The notes under the pieces: generated by a model
What the model was told of the DNA's origin: nothing
The model's input: the letters and a program-made list of their open reading frames with translations, nothing else
Database searches by the model: none
Assembly: GCF_006345805.1 (NCBI RefSeq)
Contig: NW_021832412.1
Coordinates: 1 to 64,000 of the forward strand
Source of the DNA: Octopus sinensis
Taxonomy: Eukaryota
DNA length: 64,000 bases
Reading direction: 5' to 3'
Part shown: positions 41,540-55,983 of the stretch, piece by piece
Numbering within the stretch: position 1 is the first letter of the stretch
Layout of the letters: each line of letters opens with the position of its first letter
Translations under genes and position numbers: made by a program

Positions 41540-42860
41540 CACATCTACTTTATAGTCAATACAGCCTTTTGTAACAGTTCTACTGGGCAATCTGTTCCGA
41601 TTTCCTTTATATTCCACTTGATGCCTTCTGATACTGTTCCCAAGGACCCAGCAATAATTGTCACTATCTTCATCTCCTTCATTTTTCGTAGCCGGGCTAT
41701 TTTGTACTTAACGGGGTTGTATTTATCTATTTTTGGTCTTCGTTCTTGGCTATTCGTGAGTTAATGCGACATGCAACATCAACTATATAGCACATGTGGT
41801 ACGTCTTATTTCTTTATTGCCCACAAGGGGCTAAACATAGAGAGGACAAACAAGGACAGACAAAGGGATCGACTCAATTACATCGACCCCAGCGCGTAAC
41901 TGGTACTTAATTTATCGACCCCGAAAGGATGAAAGGCAAAGTCGAACTCGGCGGAATTTGAACTCAGAACGTAACGGCAGACGAAATACGGCTACGCATT
42001 TCGCCCGGCGTGCTAACGTTTCTGCCAGTTCGCCGCTTTCTTCTGCCAGTTCGCCGCCTTCTTCTGCCACTTCGCCGCCTTCTTCTGCCAGTTCGCCGCC
42101 TTCTTCTGCCACTTCGCCGCCTTCTTCTGCCAGTTCGCCGCCTTCTTCTGCCAGTTCGCCGCCTTTTTTCTGCCAGTTCGCCGCCGTTTTCTGCCAGTTT
42201 GCCTCCACTACGTCCGGTTTCTTGTACTCTAGCACCTGATCTCTTTGGATTGAGTAATCCCAAAGGATTTTACAAGTCTCTAACTGCTCGACTCTTTGCG
42301 ATTTGTGCTCATATCACGTCTTGCCTCTCTTTAGCCCCACTTTTCGCACAGTTTCCAATGTAGCAGTTTCGCTACCTGATCGCGTCGCTACAACTTGTAA
42401 TGGTTTGGGGACAAGTCTAGGGCGTTCGTTCGTAACTTGGGAAATGGTTTCTTCTACTCTATTACAGATGCGGCACAGCGACGAAGACACTTGCTCATCC
42501 CTAAAGTTAACCCTCCAATTCGTGGCCAAAGCTTGGTCTTGCGCTGCTAGTATAGTGCTCTCAGTTTCATTTTTTCAGTGTTCCATTCTTCAGCCAATCT
42601 CACCTGTGTTTTCCAGCAGCTTCTGTTCTGGCTACATGGAATTGTTTGTATTGTCCCTTCTTGCGTAATGCTTCTTCAAGTCCTTTTCGTACTCTTTCCT
42701 TCATTTTTCCTTTCCTCTCTGCTCTCAATACTCCCTCGTTCCCTAACTATCATTAGCAAGGTTTCCTTACTTCAGGCTTAGTATCTCATTAAGCTCTCGT
42801 GGTCGATACGCACGCAGTCTTCCACACAGCCCCCTTCCTTCATTTGTTCACTTCATATAT
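41540..42860 (-). mobile_element. R4/Dong-type RLE LINE 3' portion in an intron, interrupted by a SINE
   Basis: ETESTILAAQDQALATNW...CRICNRVEETISQV...KPDVV | DVAC...KIDKYN...IIAGSLGTV. The 5' end lies next to (ATT)n. Confidence 0.88.
41806..42206 (-). mobile_element. SINE family A with a tandemly amplified 5' end
   Basis: Normal body 41806-42040, about 9 copies of a 21-bp head unit over 42020-42206. Confidence 0.9.
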
Positions 42861-42872
42861 AGGTGATCATAC

Positions 42873-42962
<90 letters not shown>

Positions 42963-43168
42963 TCTTCTTCTTCTCTTCTTCTTCTTCTTCTCTTATTATT
43001 ATTATTATTATTATTATTATCATTATTATTATTGCTGTTTTTTGTTATTATTATTATTATTGTTATAATTATTGTTATTATTATTATATTTAACATCATC
43101 ATTATCATCATCATCATTTGTGAACTATATACAAGAACATTAGTTTGTTATTTTCAATGTGTGTGTGT

Positions 43169-43199
<31 letters not shown>

Positions 43200-43203
43200 G
43201 TGT

Positions 43204-43236
<33 letters not shown>

Positions 43237-43754
43237 CTCTATTCAGTGTAACACAATGGAAAGGAATTGCAATTATGAACACCTCAACACCAAAACACAT
43301 TAACAATCATTGACAACAACAACAACAAGAACAGTAACAATGATGTCGACGATGACGATGACGACGACGACAACGACGACGTTGACAACGAAGACAACAG
43401 AAGCAAATATATCGAAAACAAAGAGAAAATAACAGTAACAACAACAACTATAACAACAACAACATCACCATCAATAATTATATTTAAGAAGAAAGTTTTA
43501 GGGTTGTTGCTTTCCTTCATATTTACACACACACGCACACACACGCACACATAAGAAGGTGCTCACGCATGCGTGCTTACATGTGTGTGTAGATACATGT
43601 GTGCTTCTCAATGCACGTCTCTATGCGTAAGCGTCGATTTTGTCTGTATGTATGTATATGTATGCATATGTATATATGTTTGAGTGTGTGTGTATGTGAA
43701 TGTGTATACGTATATATGTATACATATGTGTGTAACTGAATGGATGTATACAAG

Positions 43755-43786
<32 letters not shown>

Positions 43787-43815
43787 ATATACACATATAT
43801 GTATATGTATGTACG

Positions 43816-43860
<45 letters not shown>

Positions 43861-44004
43861 CAAAGAATATATGCATACACCCATAAAACCATATACTATA
43901 TATATATATGTATGCATATATACACATGTATGTATATATGTACATGGGTATATATATGTATATATATGTATATATATAATGTGTAAATATATATATATAT
44001 ATTG

Positions 44005-44056
<52 letters not shown>

Positions 44057-44114
44057 TATACATATATATATATATATATGTATATATCTATATATATATG
44101 TATATGTATATATC

Positions 44115-44171
<57 letters not shown>

Positions 44172-44250
44172 TGTGTGTATGTATATAACATATATATATA
44201 TATAATATATATATATATAATATATATATCTTTCCCTCTTTAATCCACAG

Positions 44251-44349
44251 GATGGTGCTACAGCTTTACATCTGGCAGCCAAAAAAGGCAATATTGACAT
44301 TTTGAAAGCCTTACTCGCTTCCGGAAGTATTTCCGATGATCGTGACGTC
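44251..44349 (+). CDS. ANKDD1A: ANKDD1A/B-like exon ([33 protein letters not shown])
   Basis: Acceptor taatccacag, donor gtaagt, 99 nt, TALHLAA ankyrin motif. Confidence 0.92.
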
Positions 44350-44559
44350 GTAAGTAGCCGCCATTTTGCTTTCTTTATTTATCCTTTTCTTTGTTTTGTC
44401 TGCTTTCTTTTGTTTTAATTTATGTTTGTTTTCATGTAGTGTGGGGTTTTTTTGTTTTTTTGCTTATCTTAACTTTGCTTTTGTGTTTTTCCTTAGTTTT
44501 CCTAGTTTTACCGTTTGTCCTATTTTGTCTTCTGTTGCATGTGTGTGTTTGCATATTTA

Positions 44560-44603
<44 letters not shown>

Positions 44604-44669
44604 GTGAATACGTGTGTGTGTGTTTAAGTTTGTGGATAGAAACGTTAGTGCGTGTTTTATATGTGTTTT

Positions 44670-44705
<36 letters not shown>

Positions 44706-45804
44706 CTGCATGTTTGTACACGTGTTTGTGTTTGCGTATGTGTTTGTGTGGTTGTTTGTGTGTGTATTTTCCTGAGTAAAGTTTTATAGGGTGTTATTTC
44801 TTTGTTTCAGCACACGCACACACACGCTCTCTCTCACACACACACACTCACACATATATGTATACACACACACATATATATGTATATACACACACACACA
44901 CACATATATATATGTGTGTGTGTGTGTATACATACACACACATATACACACACACACACACATATATATATGTGTGTGTGTGTGTGTATACATACACACA
45001 CATATACACACACACCACACACACACATATATATATATACACGTGCATACACAAATATATACTTATATATACACACATACGTGCACATATATATATATAT
45101 GCAAATAAGTATGTGCGTGAATGTGTATGCGTATGTTGGTAGATAGATGTGTGCTTGTATACATAGGTGTATACGTACCTGCATGCATCCATACAGACCT
45201 GTCATTGCGTGTGTGTATGTGTGTGTATGTGTACGTATGTGTGCATGTATGTGTGTGTGTACGTGTGTGTGTGTGCATGTAAGTGTGTGTGTGTGTATAC
45301 GTGTGTATGTATGTGTGTGTCTGTGTACGTGTGTGTGTATATGCAATAAGTACGTAGATGAATACTGTTTTACGTTTAATATCGGCTTCCATAGTATTTC
45401 AAACACTGCCGACTGCCATGTTTTTTTGTTTTTGGCTTCCATAAATATCTCTGTAAACTTTTGTTGCTACTAAAATTTTAAAAATAAAATAATAAAAAAC
45501 AACCCTTCGTAATTCTGATAGAGAGACCAAAAAAAAAAATGAAGATAAAAATGGTTCATTTGTTTATATTCTTCCCGTTGCCGGCTGTCTTTTCAACCTT
45601 ACGTGCTTCAACAATCAAATAAGATTTGGAAAAGAATTCATTGAATCAGAGTTTATTTGTCGTTAGAATGGAAATGCAAGTAAATCTAAAAACACAATAT
45701 TCGGTGACGTGACAATATTAATAAAGAATTTCATATTATTTGCTTAATATATTGCAAGTAATTATTATTATTATTATTATAATTATTATTATTATTATTA
45801 TTTA

Positions 45805-45845
<41 letters not shown>

Positions 45846-45958
45846 TATTATTATTATCATCATTATTGTTTTTATTATTATTATTATCATTATTATTATT
45901 ATTATTATCATTATTATTATTATTATTATTATTATCATTATTATTATTATTATTATTA

Positions 45959-46489
45959 TTGAGTGAGAGAGCAGAGCATGCCATCAAAGTGACACTGGGG
46001 TAAAATATACGAAGCCCAATATACCCATCATGACTACCCGTCTGATAAGGGTACACCAGGCACATGCATCACAACCATATGTGCGCGACATGGTGATCTC
46101 ATATCAAGATAAACAGCACATGACCTTGCAGGTGGGGCCAGTTAGAATTTTCTTCAGGTTGAGTAGCCCATCCTGGCTCAAAAGGTCCCTGAATAAGGGT
46201 TGTTTAAGGATGTTGAAAGAACCACCCATGTTTCCAGAGGTGAATTATTCAAACCCCAAAGAACCCCTCTCAACACATGGCTATGATGCTCCCCCACTAC
46301 TTCTGCTCGTGATCAGAGATGCACATATCGTCAGCCACTAAGGGACATGCTCAACTGGTTACGGTCAAACAACTGACAAGCAAATCTGTGGTATTGAGCA
46401 GAATATTTGCTGTAGCCCATCTTTTATACCAAGACAAATCAATGTACATGATAACACTTCCAATCAGTTAAGATCAGAAGCCATCAGGG

Positions 46490-46490
<1 letters not shown>
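45959..46490 (-). mobile_element. Interspersed repeat family E, full-length, in (ATT)n
   Basis: Reverse complement of 3650-4200. Confidence 0.88.
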
Positions 46491-46519
<29 letters not shown>

Positions 46520-46522
<3 letters not shown>

Positions 46523-46847
46523 AAACAGAAGCGAAAAAAGAAGAGTGCCATTGTTATCAAGAGAACGATATTTCGGCATGTAGTGTGCCTTCCACAGGTT
46601 CAAAACATGTCAATCTACGTCATTTCTGCTAATATTTTATAGGATTGAGGTAACACTTCCAGAAGGTATACAGAAGCAAACAATGGTACTCATCTTTTTC
46701 TTTTTTTCTTTTTTCTTTTACTTCTGTATACCTTCTGGAAGAGTTACTTCAATCCTATTAAATATTACCAGAAATGAAGTGGACTGACATGTTTATTTTT
46801 TTAACCTGTGGAAGGCACACTACATGCCGAAATATCGTTCACTTGAT
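46520..46847. repeat. Long inverted repeat (~120-bp arms) inside (ATT)n
   Basis: 46556-46678 vs 46719-46847, plus a second overlapping IR (gagtgccattgtt / aacaatggtactc). Confidence 0.88.
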
Positions 46848-46868
46848 ATTATTATTATTATTATTATT

Positions 46869-47073
46869 GAGTGAGAGAGCCGTGCATGCCATCAAAGTAA
46901 CACTGGGGTAAAATATACACAGCCCAGTATACCCATCATGACTACCCGTCTGATAAGGGTACACCAGACACATGCATCACAACCATATGTGCGCGACATG
47001 GTGATCTCATATCAAGATAAACAGCACATGATCTTGCAGGTGGGGCCCAGTTAGAATTTTCTTCTGGTAGAGT
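46869..47073 (-). mobile_element. Repeat family E, 5'-truncated
   Basis: Near-identical to 45959-46165. Confidence 0.88.
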
Positions 47074-47097
47074 ATTATTATTATTATTATTATTATT

Positions 47098-47157
<60 letters not shown>

Positions 47158-47169
47158 TAGAAACGATGC

Positions 47170-47970
47170 TTGAGTTTGGTCTTATTCCTGGTAGGATATG
47201 TGTGGGTAGCAAGTTACTGCCTGTAACCTTAAGTATCCACAAGTTTTCGCCAGTCTTTCAAATGCTTAGAATCCTCCTGATAATCCTTGCTGTCCCTAAG
47301 AGGCAAACTTCCTTTTGGAACTCTACCGTGTGTTCTATTTCAGTCTCCTTCGGCCATTTGTCTATATCTTGGTTTACTGTTCCCAACAGACCAATTATTA
47401 TAGGCACGACCTTTACTGTTCGCATGATCCAAATTCTTCCTATTTCAAATTGTAAAGGATTATATTTTCTTTGTTTCTTTCTTCCCCTTTCTTTACAATC
47501 CTGGAATCAAATGGGTATGATGGGTCGATAAGTAAGCAACTTCACTTTTCAATATCTATAATTGTAATGTCCGGTCTATTATTTTCTAGCTTCTTGTCCG
47601 TTTGAATGGGAAAGTCCCACAAAATTTTACATAACTCCGACTCCAGTACTCTTTCGACTCGGTGATTGTACCATGTGTTTCCAGCTTCAAATCCCCATTT
47701 CTGGAAGTTTCCAGTGTAAAACTTTTACAACCTGGTCGTGCCTCCATTTCTTATATTCTTCCTACAAAAAGGAGTCTTAGATGTCAAGAACCCTCCTATT
47801 GGGTTACAGCAAGTAACCTTTGATGACAAGAACCCTCCTAAGTATCCTAGCTATCCCAAATAACACTGTTTTCTGGAACTGTACTAAACTGGGTTTTATC
47901 CCTATTTCCTCTATGCATCTGTTCATTTCTTTACGGATATTTCCCAATGCACCTATAACTACTGGGATAC
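47170..47970 (-). mobile_element. Two tandem R4/Dong-type RLE LINE 3' ends
   Basis: YKKWRHDQVVKVLHW...LWDFPIQTDKKLENNRPDI...VVPIIIGLLGTV...LLGTARIIRRIL* (47170-47760). PVVIGALG...FQKTVLFGIARILRRVL (47770-47970). Confidence 0.88.
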
Positions 47971-47974
47971 AGTA

Positions 47975-48226
47975 TTATTTTTTATTGCCCACAAGGGGCT
48001 AAACATAGAGAGGACGAACAAGGACAAACAAGGACAAACAAGGACAGACAAAGAGGTTAAGTCGATTACATCGACCCCAGTGAGTAACTGGTACTTATTT
48101 AATCGACCCCGAAAGGATGAAAGGCAAAGTCGACCTCTGTGGAATTTGAACTCAGAACGTAAAGACAGACGAAATACCGCTAAGTATTTCGCCCGGCGTG
48201 CTAACGTTTCTGACAGCTCGCCGCCT
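47975..48226 (-). mobile_element. SINE family A (young)
   Basis: Full-length with a triplicated aacaaggac motif. Confidence 0.9.
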
Positions 48227-48244
48227 GAGGAATAATAATAATGG

Positions 48245-48287
<43 letters not shown>

Positions 48288-48844
48288 CTTTTGTCAATAA
48301 TAATGATAATGATATTTTGTGTAGGGAAATTGTGAGATGCTTCGTTTGACGAGGTATAATCCACTGCTCTCTTCTTATCATGAGACTATTGTAGATTATT
48401 GTACATTGTCTCATTAATCTTGCTTGATCTCAGTCGGGGCCTCGGCACCAAATTTTCTGGAAAAATCTACTGATCCCACGCACATAACCACCAGCGTCTG
48501 GTTTCTTCTCTTATAATCACTCATTTTGAAAGCATATTCCTGGCTGCTGTGACAAAAGAACAGACTGATAACTCATTTCTCTTTCAAACACAATTTTACT
48601 AACTAACCCGAACTTTTCTTTTCTTTTCTGCTGCTTCAATTTCCGCTGTATTTCTTACCTTGTTGCTTAATTAACCCTCGAAATGCACAACGGATGCTCG
48701 TAAAATACAATCGTTCTAATATAATGCAATTATATATGAAATGCGATAGGTTTGTGAAGCAAGGAATGGTTCAAGAATTAATCTCCTTTCACACTAATAG
48801 TTCAAAGTTCGAAGCAGTCGCTTATTTATCTATTTATTTATTTT

Positions 48845-49212
48845 GTGGCTTTATGGTAAAAAGCTTGCTTCCCAACCACATGGTTCCAGGTTCAGTCCCA
48901 CTGTGTAGCACCTTGGGCAAGTGTCTTCTACTGTAGTCTCGGGCCGACCAAATCCTTGCGAGTGTATTTGTTAGACGGAAACCGAAAGAAGCCCATCATA
49001 TATGTACGTGTGTGTGTGTCTGTCGGTCTATCTGTCTGTCCCCCGCCACCGCGTGAAAAACCGGTATTGGTATGTTTGCGTCCCCGTACTTATCGACCCA
49101 AAAAAGACTAATAAAATAAGTACTAGGGTCAATGCCTTCTAATAAAGGTTCTTCAAAGCGGTGCCCCAGCATGGCCGCAGTCTTATGACTGACACAAGTA
49201 AAAGGTAAAAAA
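48845..49212 (+). mobile_element. SINE family B
   Basis: Head, CORE-like block and tail present. Confidence 0.85.
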
Positions 49213-49255
49213 ATAAAACAAACCAGTCCAGTATGAACTTATGTGTAGGTATGGA

Positions 49256-49506
49256 TTTTTATTCTTTTACTTGTTTCAGTCATTTCACTGCGGCCATGCT
49301 GGGGCAACACCTTAAGGGGTTTTAGTCGAATAAATCGACTCCGGGACTTATTCTTTGTAAGCCTAGTAGTTACTCTATCTTGCCGAACCGCTAAGTTACG
49401 TGGAAATAAACACACCAGCATCGATTATCAAGTGATGGTGGGGGTGGGTCAAACACAAACACACACACACAAATATCACACACACACACACACACACACA
49501 CAACAT

Positions 49507-49576
<70 letters not shown>

Positions 49577-49735
49577 CGACGGGCTTCTTCTAGTTCCGTC
49601 TACCAAATCAACTCGCAAGGCTTTGGTCGGCCCGAGGTTATAGTAGAAGACACTTGCCCAAGGTGCTACGCAGTGGGACTGAAATCGGAACCCTGTGGCT
49701 GGGAAGCAAGTTTCTTACCACGCAGCCACGCCTAC
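49256..49735 (-). mobile_element. SINE family B
   Basis: Full-length reverse complement, tail-to-tail with the previous copy. Confidence 0.88.
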
Positions 49736-50439
49736 GCTTATGTTTGCGTGTGTGCGTATGTGTATGTGTGTGTGTGAGTGTGTGAGTGTTTGCATGTATG
49801 TTTTTTTAAATATATATCTTTCACGGAGATTTTTCTCGTCGTTGGAACAAAATTACCTTGTGGTAGCTCATCCACCCAAGCTGCATAGAAAAACCCTTTA
49901 TTTTTGTTGCTCCCAGACATACAGTTAACCAGTGAATGACCTCCGCCAAATTTGTAACTAACCACGTGATTGCTCAGACATTGCAAAATAAAAAGATATA
50001 TAAAATAAAAATTATGACTACTGCAGTCATTGCTTGCCATTTCTTCTACTATATAACGGCCATCTTTACTTCAAGTTGGTTTATATTTAGAAAATCTCAC
50101 ATTCTTCTTTACGAGATATGATTCCATCAGCTGCAACTGAAATAGCCGCCATATTTTTTTCCCTCGTTTATGTTAGACAATCCTTCATAACAATGTCTTT
50201 CTTTGTTTCTATTTCACTGACGTATATTATAAACCACCGGCATGACCTTTTGCCATTTCTAGAATCTTTGTTTGCTGCAAATGGCTTAGAAATAGTCAAC
50301 TAAACTTGCAGAAGAGGTGTAAGCGGTGTCCTCAATATGGCTAGTATCGTTTCGACGAGGCCAGAAGATTGAAAAGCAAAATTAATTTTAATGTGTGTGT
50401 ATGCATGTATGTACCTGTGTGTGCGTGTGTGTGTGTGTG

Positions 50440-51210
50440 TGTGTGTCTTTGTGTTTCAGTTTGTACCCCCATCACCGCTTGACAACTGGTGTTGGAAAGT
50501 TTAACTACCTGTAACATAGCGGTTCGACAAAAATGCCCGATAGAATATGTACTAGCCTTAAAAAAATAAGTCCTGGGGTGGATTTGTTCGCCTAAAGTCC
50601 TCCAAGGTGATGCTCCAGCATGGCCACAGTCAAATGATTGAAAAAGGAAAAAGAATAAAAGAATATATACATACATATATATATATATTATATATATAGA
50701 ATATATATTATATATATATATAGATATATATATATATTCATGTATGTATGTATGTATATATGTACGTATGTATGCATGTATGTATGTATGTATGTATGTA
50801 TGTATGTATGTATGTATATATTCTTTTATGTGTAGTAAGAAGCTTGCTTCCCAACCATATGGTCCTGAGTTCAGTCCCACTGTGTGGCACCTTGGGCAAG
50901 TGTCTTCTACTATAGCCTCGGGCTGATCAAAGCCTTGCGAGTGGATTTGGTAGACGGAAACTGAAAGAATCCTCTCGTATATATGTATATATTAGTGTGT
51001 GTGTGTTTGGCCCCCACCAAAACTTGACACCCGATGACGGTGTGTTTATGTCATCATAACTTAACCGTTCGGCAAAAGAGACCGATAGAGTACGTACTAG
51101 GCTTACAAAGAATAAGTCCTGGGGTCGATTGCTTCGACTAAAACCCTTTAAAGCGGTGCTCCAGCGTGGCCGCAGTCAAATGACAGAAACAAGTAAAATA
51201 ATAAAAGAAT
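50440..51210 (+). mobile_element. SINE family B 3' part (50440-50665) and near-full copy (50830-51210)
   Basis: Same motifs as the other B copies. Confidence 0.85.
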
Positions 51211-52084
51211 ATACACAGAAATTCGCTAAATCATCCATAGAGTTTTACGAAGAAAACATATTCTGATATAGAATTAAGTCCGGTATCTTCCGAATTCAAG
51301 CCATTCCTTGCTGATGAAGCAACGGAAATTGCGGAAACTGATAAAAAATTCTCGAACAACATTTTCGGACGATTGCACTCCCTGTCAGTATATATGTATA
51401 CAATTATGTGCTTTGACTACAGTATTAGAGTATTTTCGCTCTTATTTCTAGCATTTTCGCTCTTATTTCCAAACGTTATAGGTTCAAAGTTTTTTAGTAT
51501 ATATATGGTATTATGGTAAAGGAACAAGTTTTGATTGGTTCTAATTTTGTTGACGTATTTTTGTTTTTCTCGTGGATGTTTTTGTCAAAATATTTTTATC
51601 ATAGATATATATGTGTGTGTGCGTTGTGTGTGTGTGTGTGTGTGTGTGTGTTGTGTGTATTGTGTGTTGTGTGTATGTGTGTGTGTGTGTTGTGTGTTGT
51701 GTGTGTGTGTGTGGTGTGTGTGTGTGTGTGTTGTGTATTGTGTGTTGTGTGTATGGGTGTGTGTGTGTGTTGTGTGTTGTGTGTGTGTGTGTGTGGGGTG
51801 TGTGTGGTGTGTGTGTGTGTGATCGTGTATCCTTGTGTTTCTGTAAGTCTAATCTCTCACGCCTGACAACCGGCATCGGTTTGTTTATGCCTCTGTAACA
51901 TGGCATTTCGGCCCAAAACAAAAATAAAACCGTTATAATAAGTACCAGACCTATTCTCACATTCACACACCATTTGTTTTTTCTTGATTATCTTACTTAA
52001 GATTGAATCCTTCCATTCCTAGTTTCAAAAACGTCTCTCCACGTATTCCTGAAATACCATCACCTATAAACTACTACTACTACA

Positions 52085-52149
<65 letters not shown>

Positions 52150-52260
52150 CACTACTACTACTATATAACGTTGATGTGACAATAACAAAGTGCAGAAGGA
52201 AGAATAAAATTAGATGCTGCCAAATATGTATAGAACCCAAAAAATATCTAAACACTCACG

Positions 52261-52298
<38 letters not shown>

Positions 52299-52471
52299 CG
52301 CATACACGTATGAGCATGTGTATATGTATGCATGTAAGTATGTGCGTATGTATGTATGTGTTTTTATGTACGTATGCAAGTACGTATGGGTGTGTGTATA
52401 TATATATATATAGCTTGTATGAATGTATGTTAGCATATGCGTGGACGGGTGCATACATGTGTGTGTGTGTT

Positions 52472-52504
<33 letters not shown>

Positions 52505-53121
52505 GTGTTGTGGTGTGTGTGAATATGTATGCTCACACACGTACGCACACACACACTACAAAAGCACTCATCAATGAAGCAATCGATCAATACATTGAAA
52601 AAATGCATTTCACGCATGCGCACGCTGGCACCTGTGCACATACCCAGGGCGGTTTGCGCTTGATTACGTAATGAATGCACGCAATAATAGAATAAGTCTT
52701 TCGTGGAAGCAAAAACTTGGTCGTGCTAGTGGTGGTGGTGGTGGTGGTAGTGTTGTGCTGCTGCTGCTGCTGCTACTGTTGTTAATGATGATGATCATGA
52801 TGGCTTCCTTCCCGAACGAACATGTAGCTTTGGGCAGAGTTGCTTGCTTTGCCGTTGATGGTGGAATTTTTACTTAACAAGAACAACAAAACAAACAAAC
52901 AAAAAAAAGGAACGAACGTACAAAATATTAAACAAACACAGCCAAGCCTTCAATAACAACTCATTGTTTTTAACTTTTTTGTCGAATAATTAACGTTACA
53001 ACATGGAGTAGACTAAGTAAATTGTATTGCTGTAATCACATAACAGTTGCAACAACAACTTATGTAACAACAACAATAATAACAACAACAACAACAACAA
53101 CAGTAACAACAACAATAATAA

Positions 53122-53350
53122 GTGGCTCTCGTGGCTTCTGATCTTAACTGATTGGAAGTGTTATCATGTACATTGTTTTGTCTTGGTATAAAAGATGGGC
53201 TACAGCAAATATTCTGCTCAATACCACAGATTTGCTTGTCAGTTGATTGACCTTAACCAGTTGAGCATGTCCCTTAGTGGCTGGCGATATGTGCATCTCT
53301 GATCACAAGCAGAAGTAGTAGAGGAGCATCATAGCCATGTGTTGAGAGAA
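53122..53350 (+). mobile_element. Repeat family E, 5' part
   Basis: Matches 3660-3885. Confidence 0.85.
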
Positions 53351-53518
53351 ATTTTGCTTCAGAGCTTTGAATATGAAGCGGGCTTTATTTGACAAAGTTA
53401 CATTTTCAGAACATACAGGTGAGAAAGATTATGTTGATGGCTATGGAAAGTTCTGTCCTAAAGTAGTAAAAAGTATTCAAATATACGCATATGCTATATA
53501 TGGCAGTATGTCTGTATG

Positions 53519-53584
<66 letters not shown>

Positions 53585-54171
53585 TATGTATATATGTATA
53601 TATGTATATATTATATGTATATTATATGTATATATATATATATACATACATATATATATATATATATGGGAGCGGTTATGAGGTAGGGAGAGAGATAGCA
53701 CTCTTCTGACGAACTTTATCAATATTGAAACACGTTTTTTAAAGTCATGAGTGGAGTCACAACTAGGAGAACTTACAAATATGCTGTATCGCTCCGTTTT
53801 TTTGCTATGTTCATGTAATAAAGTATAAATTCCTGACAGGAATGAAATATTTAACAAGAAGAAAAAAAAATGTGGAGACTGTAGGTAACCTGTTGTTTGA
53901 TGATTTGAAAGTAGTTTCCTGAGGATATAATATTAGAATTATTTTCTCTGTGTGTGTTTGAGTCGTTTGGTCGTTGGTGATGCGTACGTTTTATTATTAC
54001 TATTTATCCTTTTTTAAATTAAATGTATGTATGAATACTGCGTTTTGTCTTCCATTTTGAACCTATATGTGTGAATCTGTATGCGTTTGTGTATATGCAC
54101 ATGTGTACGTATCAACAGGTTTATATCTTCAATAATGATATATACACATATGTGTGTGTATGTGTGTGTGT

Positions 54172-54222
<51 letters not shown>

Positions 54223-54579
54223 TGTTTGTAGCTCGGCATTTCCTGGTGTATAAATAGGACGGCATCAGGTGGGCTTCTAGCGAGTACGTCTGTATTTCAG
54301 CCTGTGTGTGAATATATATATATGTATATATATATATGTGTGCCTGTGTGAATGTGGGTGTGTCTGTTTTCTGTTTGGGGTTTGTTTGTGTATGTGTATG
54401 TGTGTGTTTGTGTGTGTGTGTGTGTGTGCGTGTGTGTGAGGGATAGAGAGAGAGAGAGAGAAAGAGAAATGGGGAATAATATGTTACTACACTTTATATA
54501 ACACGTAGCATACTTTGATCTTACCTAAATGCCAGAAGTAATGAAAAAAAGTAAGCATAAATATCTGTTTCATCTATAT

Positions 54580-54614
<35 letters not shown>

Positions 54615-54711
54615 CATATTTATTTGAACGTACATACATATAAACATACATACACACATACATACATACATACGTACATACATACGTACTTGTATGTGTG
54701 TGTGTGAATAC

Positions 54712-54772
<61 letters not shown>

Positions 54773-55285
54773 TATATATATATACATATACATATATATA
54801 CATATACATATATATATACAAATATATATACTCATATATAAAAGAATATACACATATATACACATATATACATGTATATGTCTATATATATGTATATGTC
54901 TATATATATATACATATATATATGTCTATATATATGTCTATATATATGTCTATATATATGTATATGTCTATATATATATACATATATATAAATATATATG
55001 TATATATATACATATATATATATATGTATATGTATGTATGTATGTATGTATCTATATGCGTTGATATGTGTTTTAATCACATATGTCTTTATATTGTACA
55101 AATTACTGGTGCGTTAACTGTTTTATTTCGATGTTATTCTGTACTAGAGAGTATATCTATAGATTTCAGCCGACGCCATATTTGTATGTCAGACATAAAT
55201 ATCTTGTCAACGTGTACACTAACATCGTAAACATGGAAAGAGAGATCGGCAGAACTAACTTCGCTCCCGTGTGAAAATTTCGTGT

Positions 55286-55573
55286 ATTCGGGGGTCCGAT
55301 CAATAAGTGTCCGGGCTGTTGTCATAATAACGAAGTTAAATCATGCCGATCGAAGCCGCCTGGCACAGATTGACCTTGAACTCTGCTGTGCATCTGCTCT
55401 AAGTTTTAGCGTTCTCACTCACTTCCGCTGTTTACAGCAGTGCTTGGAAGGAAGGTGTGTAGTGTGTGATTGTCGCATTGACCATGACAGAAAAAGTTGA
55501 GCAGAGAATCTGCATCAAATTTTGCCAAAAGCTTGGCGATACCTGCTCAGAGGCCTACGCAAAGTTTTCAAAA
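55286..55573 (+). mobile_element. mariner DNA transposon 5' remnant (TIR plus transposase N-terminus)
   Basis: ATG at 55484 gives MTEKVEQRICIKFCQKLGDTCSEAYAK, a typical mariner HTH start. TIR-like cgggggtccgatcaataagt upstream. Truncated. Confidence 0.8.
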
Positions 55574-55983
55574 AGCTCTCACCGTTCTCGACACAATCAA
55601 GATTTTGTGATGGAGACAGGGAAATAAGTTGTGCGAGCGACGGTCAAGCCAAGAAAGAAAGAAAGATCATGCATGGCCGAGCACCGGTCACGTGGGAGGA
55701 ACAGAGAGAGGTAGGGAGCAGAGGGATTGAAGAATTAGGGAAGGAACTAGAGAGAGGGGGAAAGGTACAAGGGAGACAACAGAGGAAAGTAGAGAGATTG
55801 AAGAAAGAGAATGCCAAGAAATGTGAGAGAGGGTGAGCGAGAAAACGAAAATGGAAAGAAAGAGGATGCCAAGAAAGTGGGAAAGGGGGAGCGAGAAAAG
55901 AAAAGAGGAAAAAAAGAAGAAAGTCGTTCAGAATTTAGATATATACTTACCAGCTGAGCTAAAGGTGTACGTACGTCGCTATA

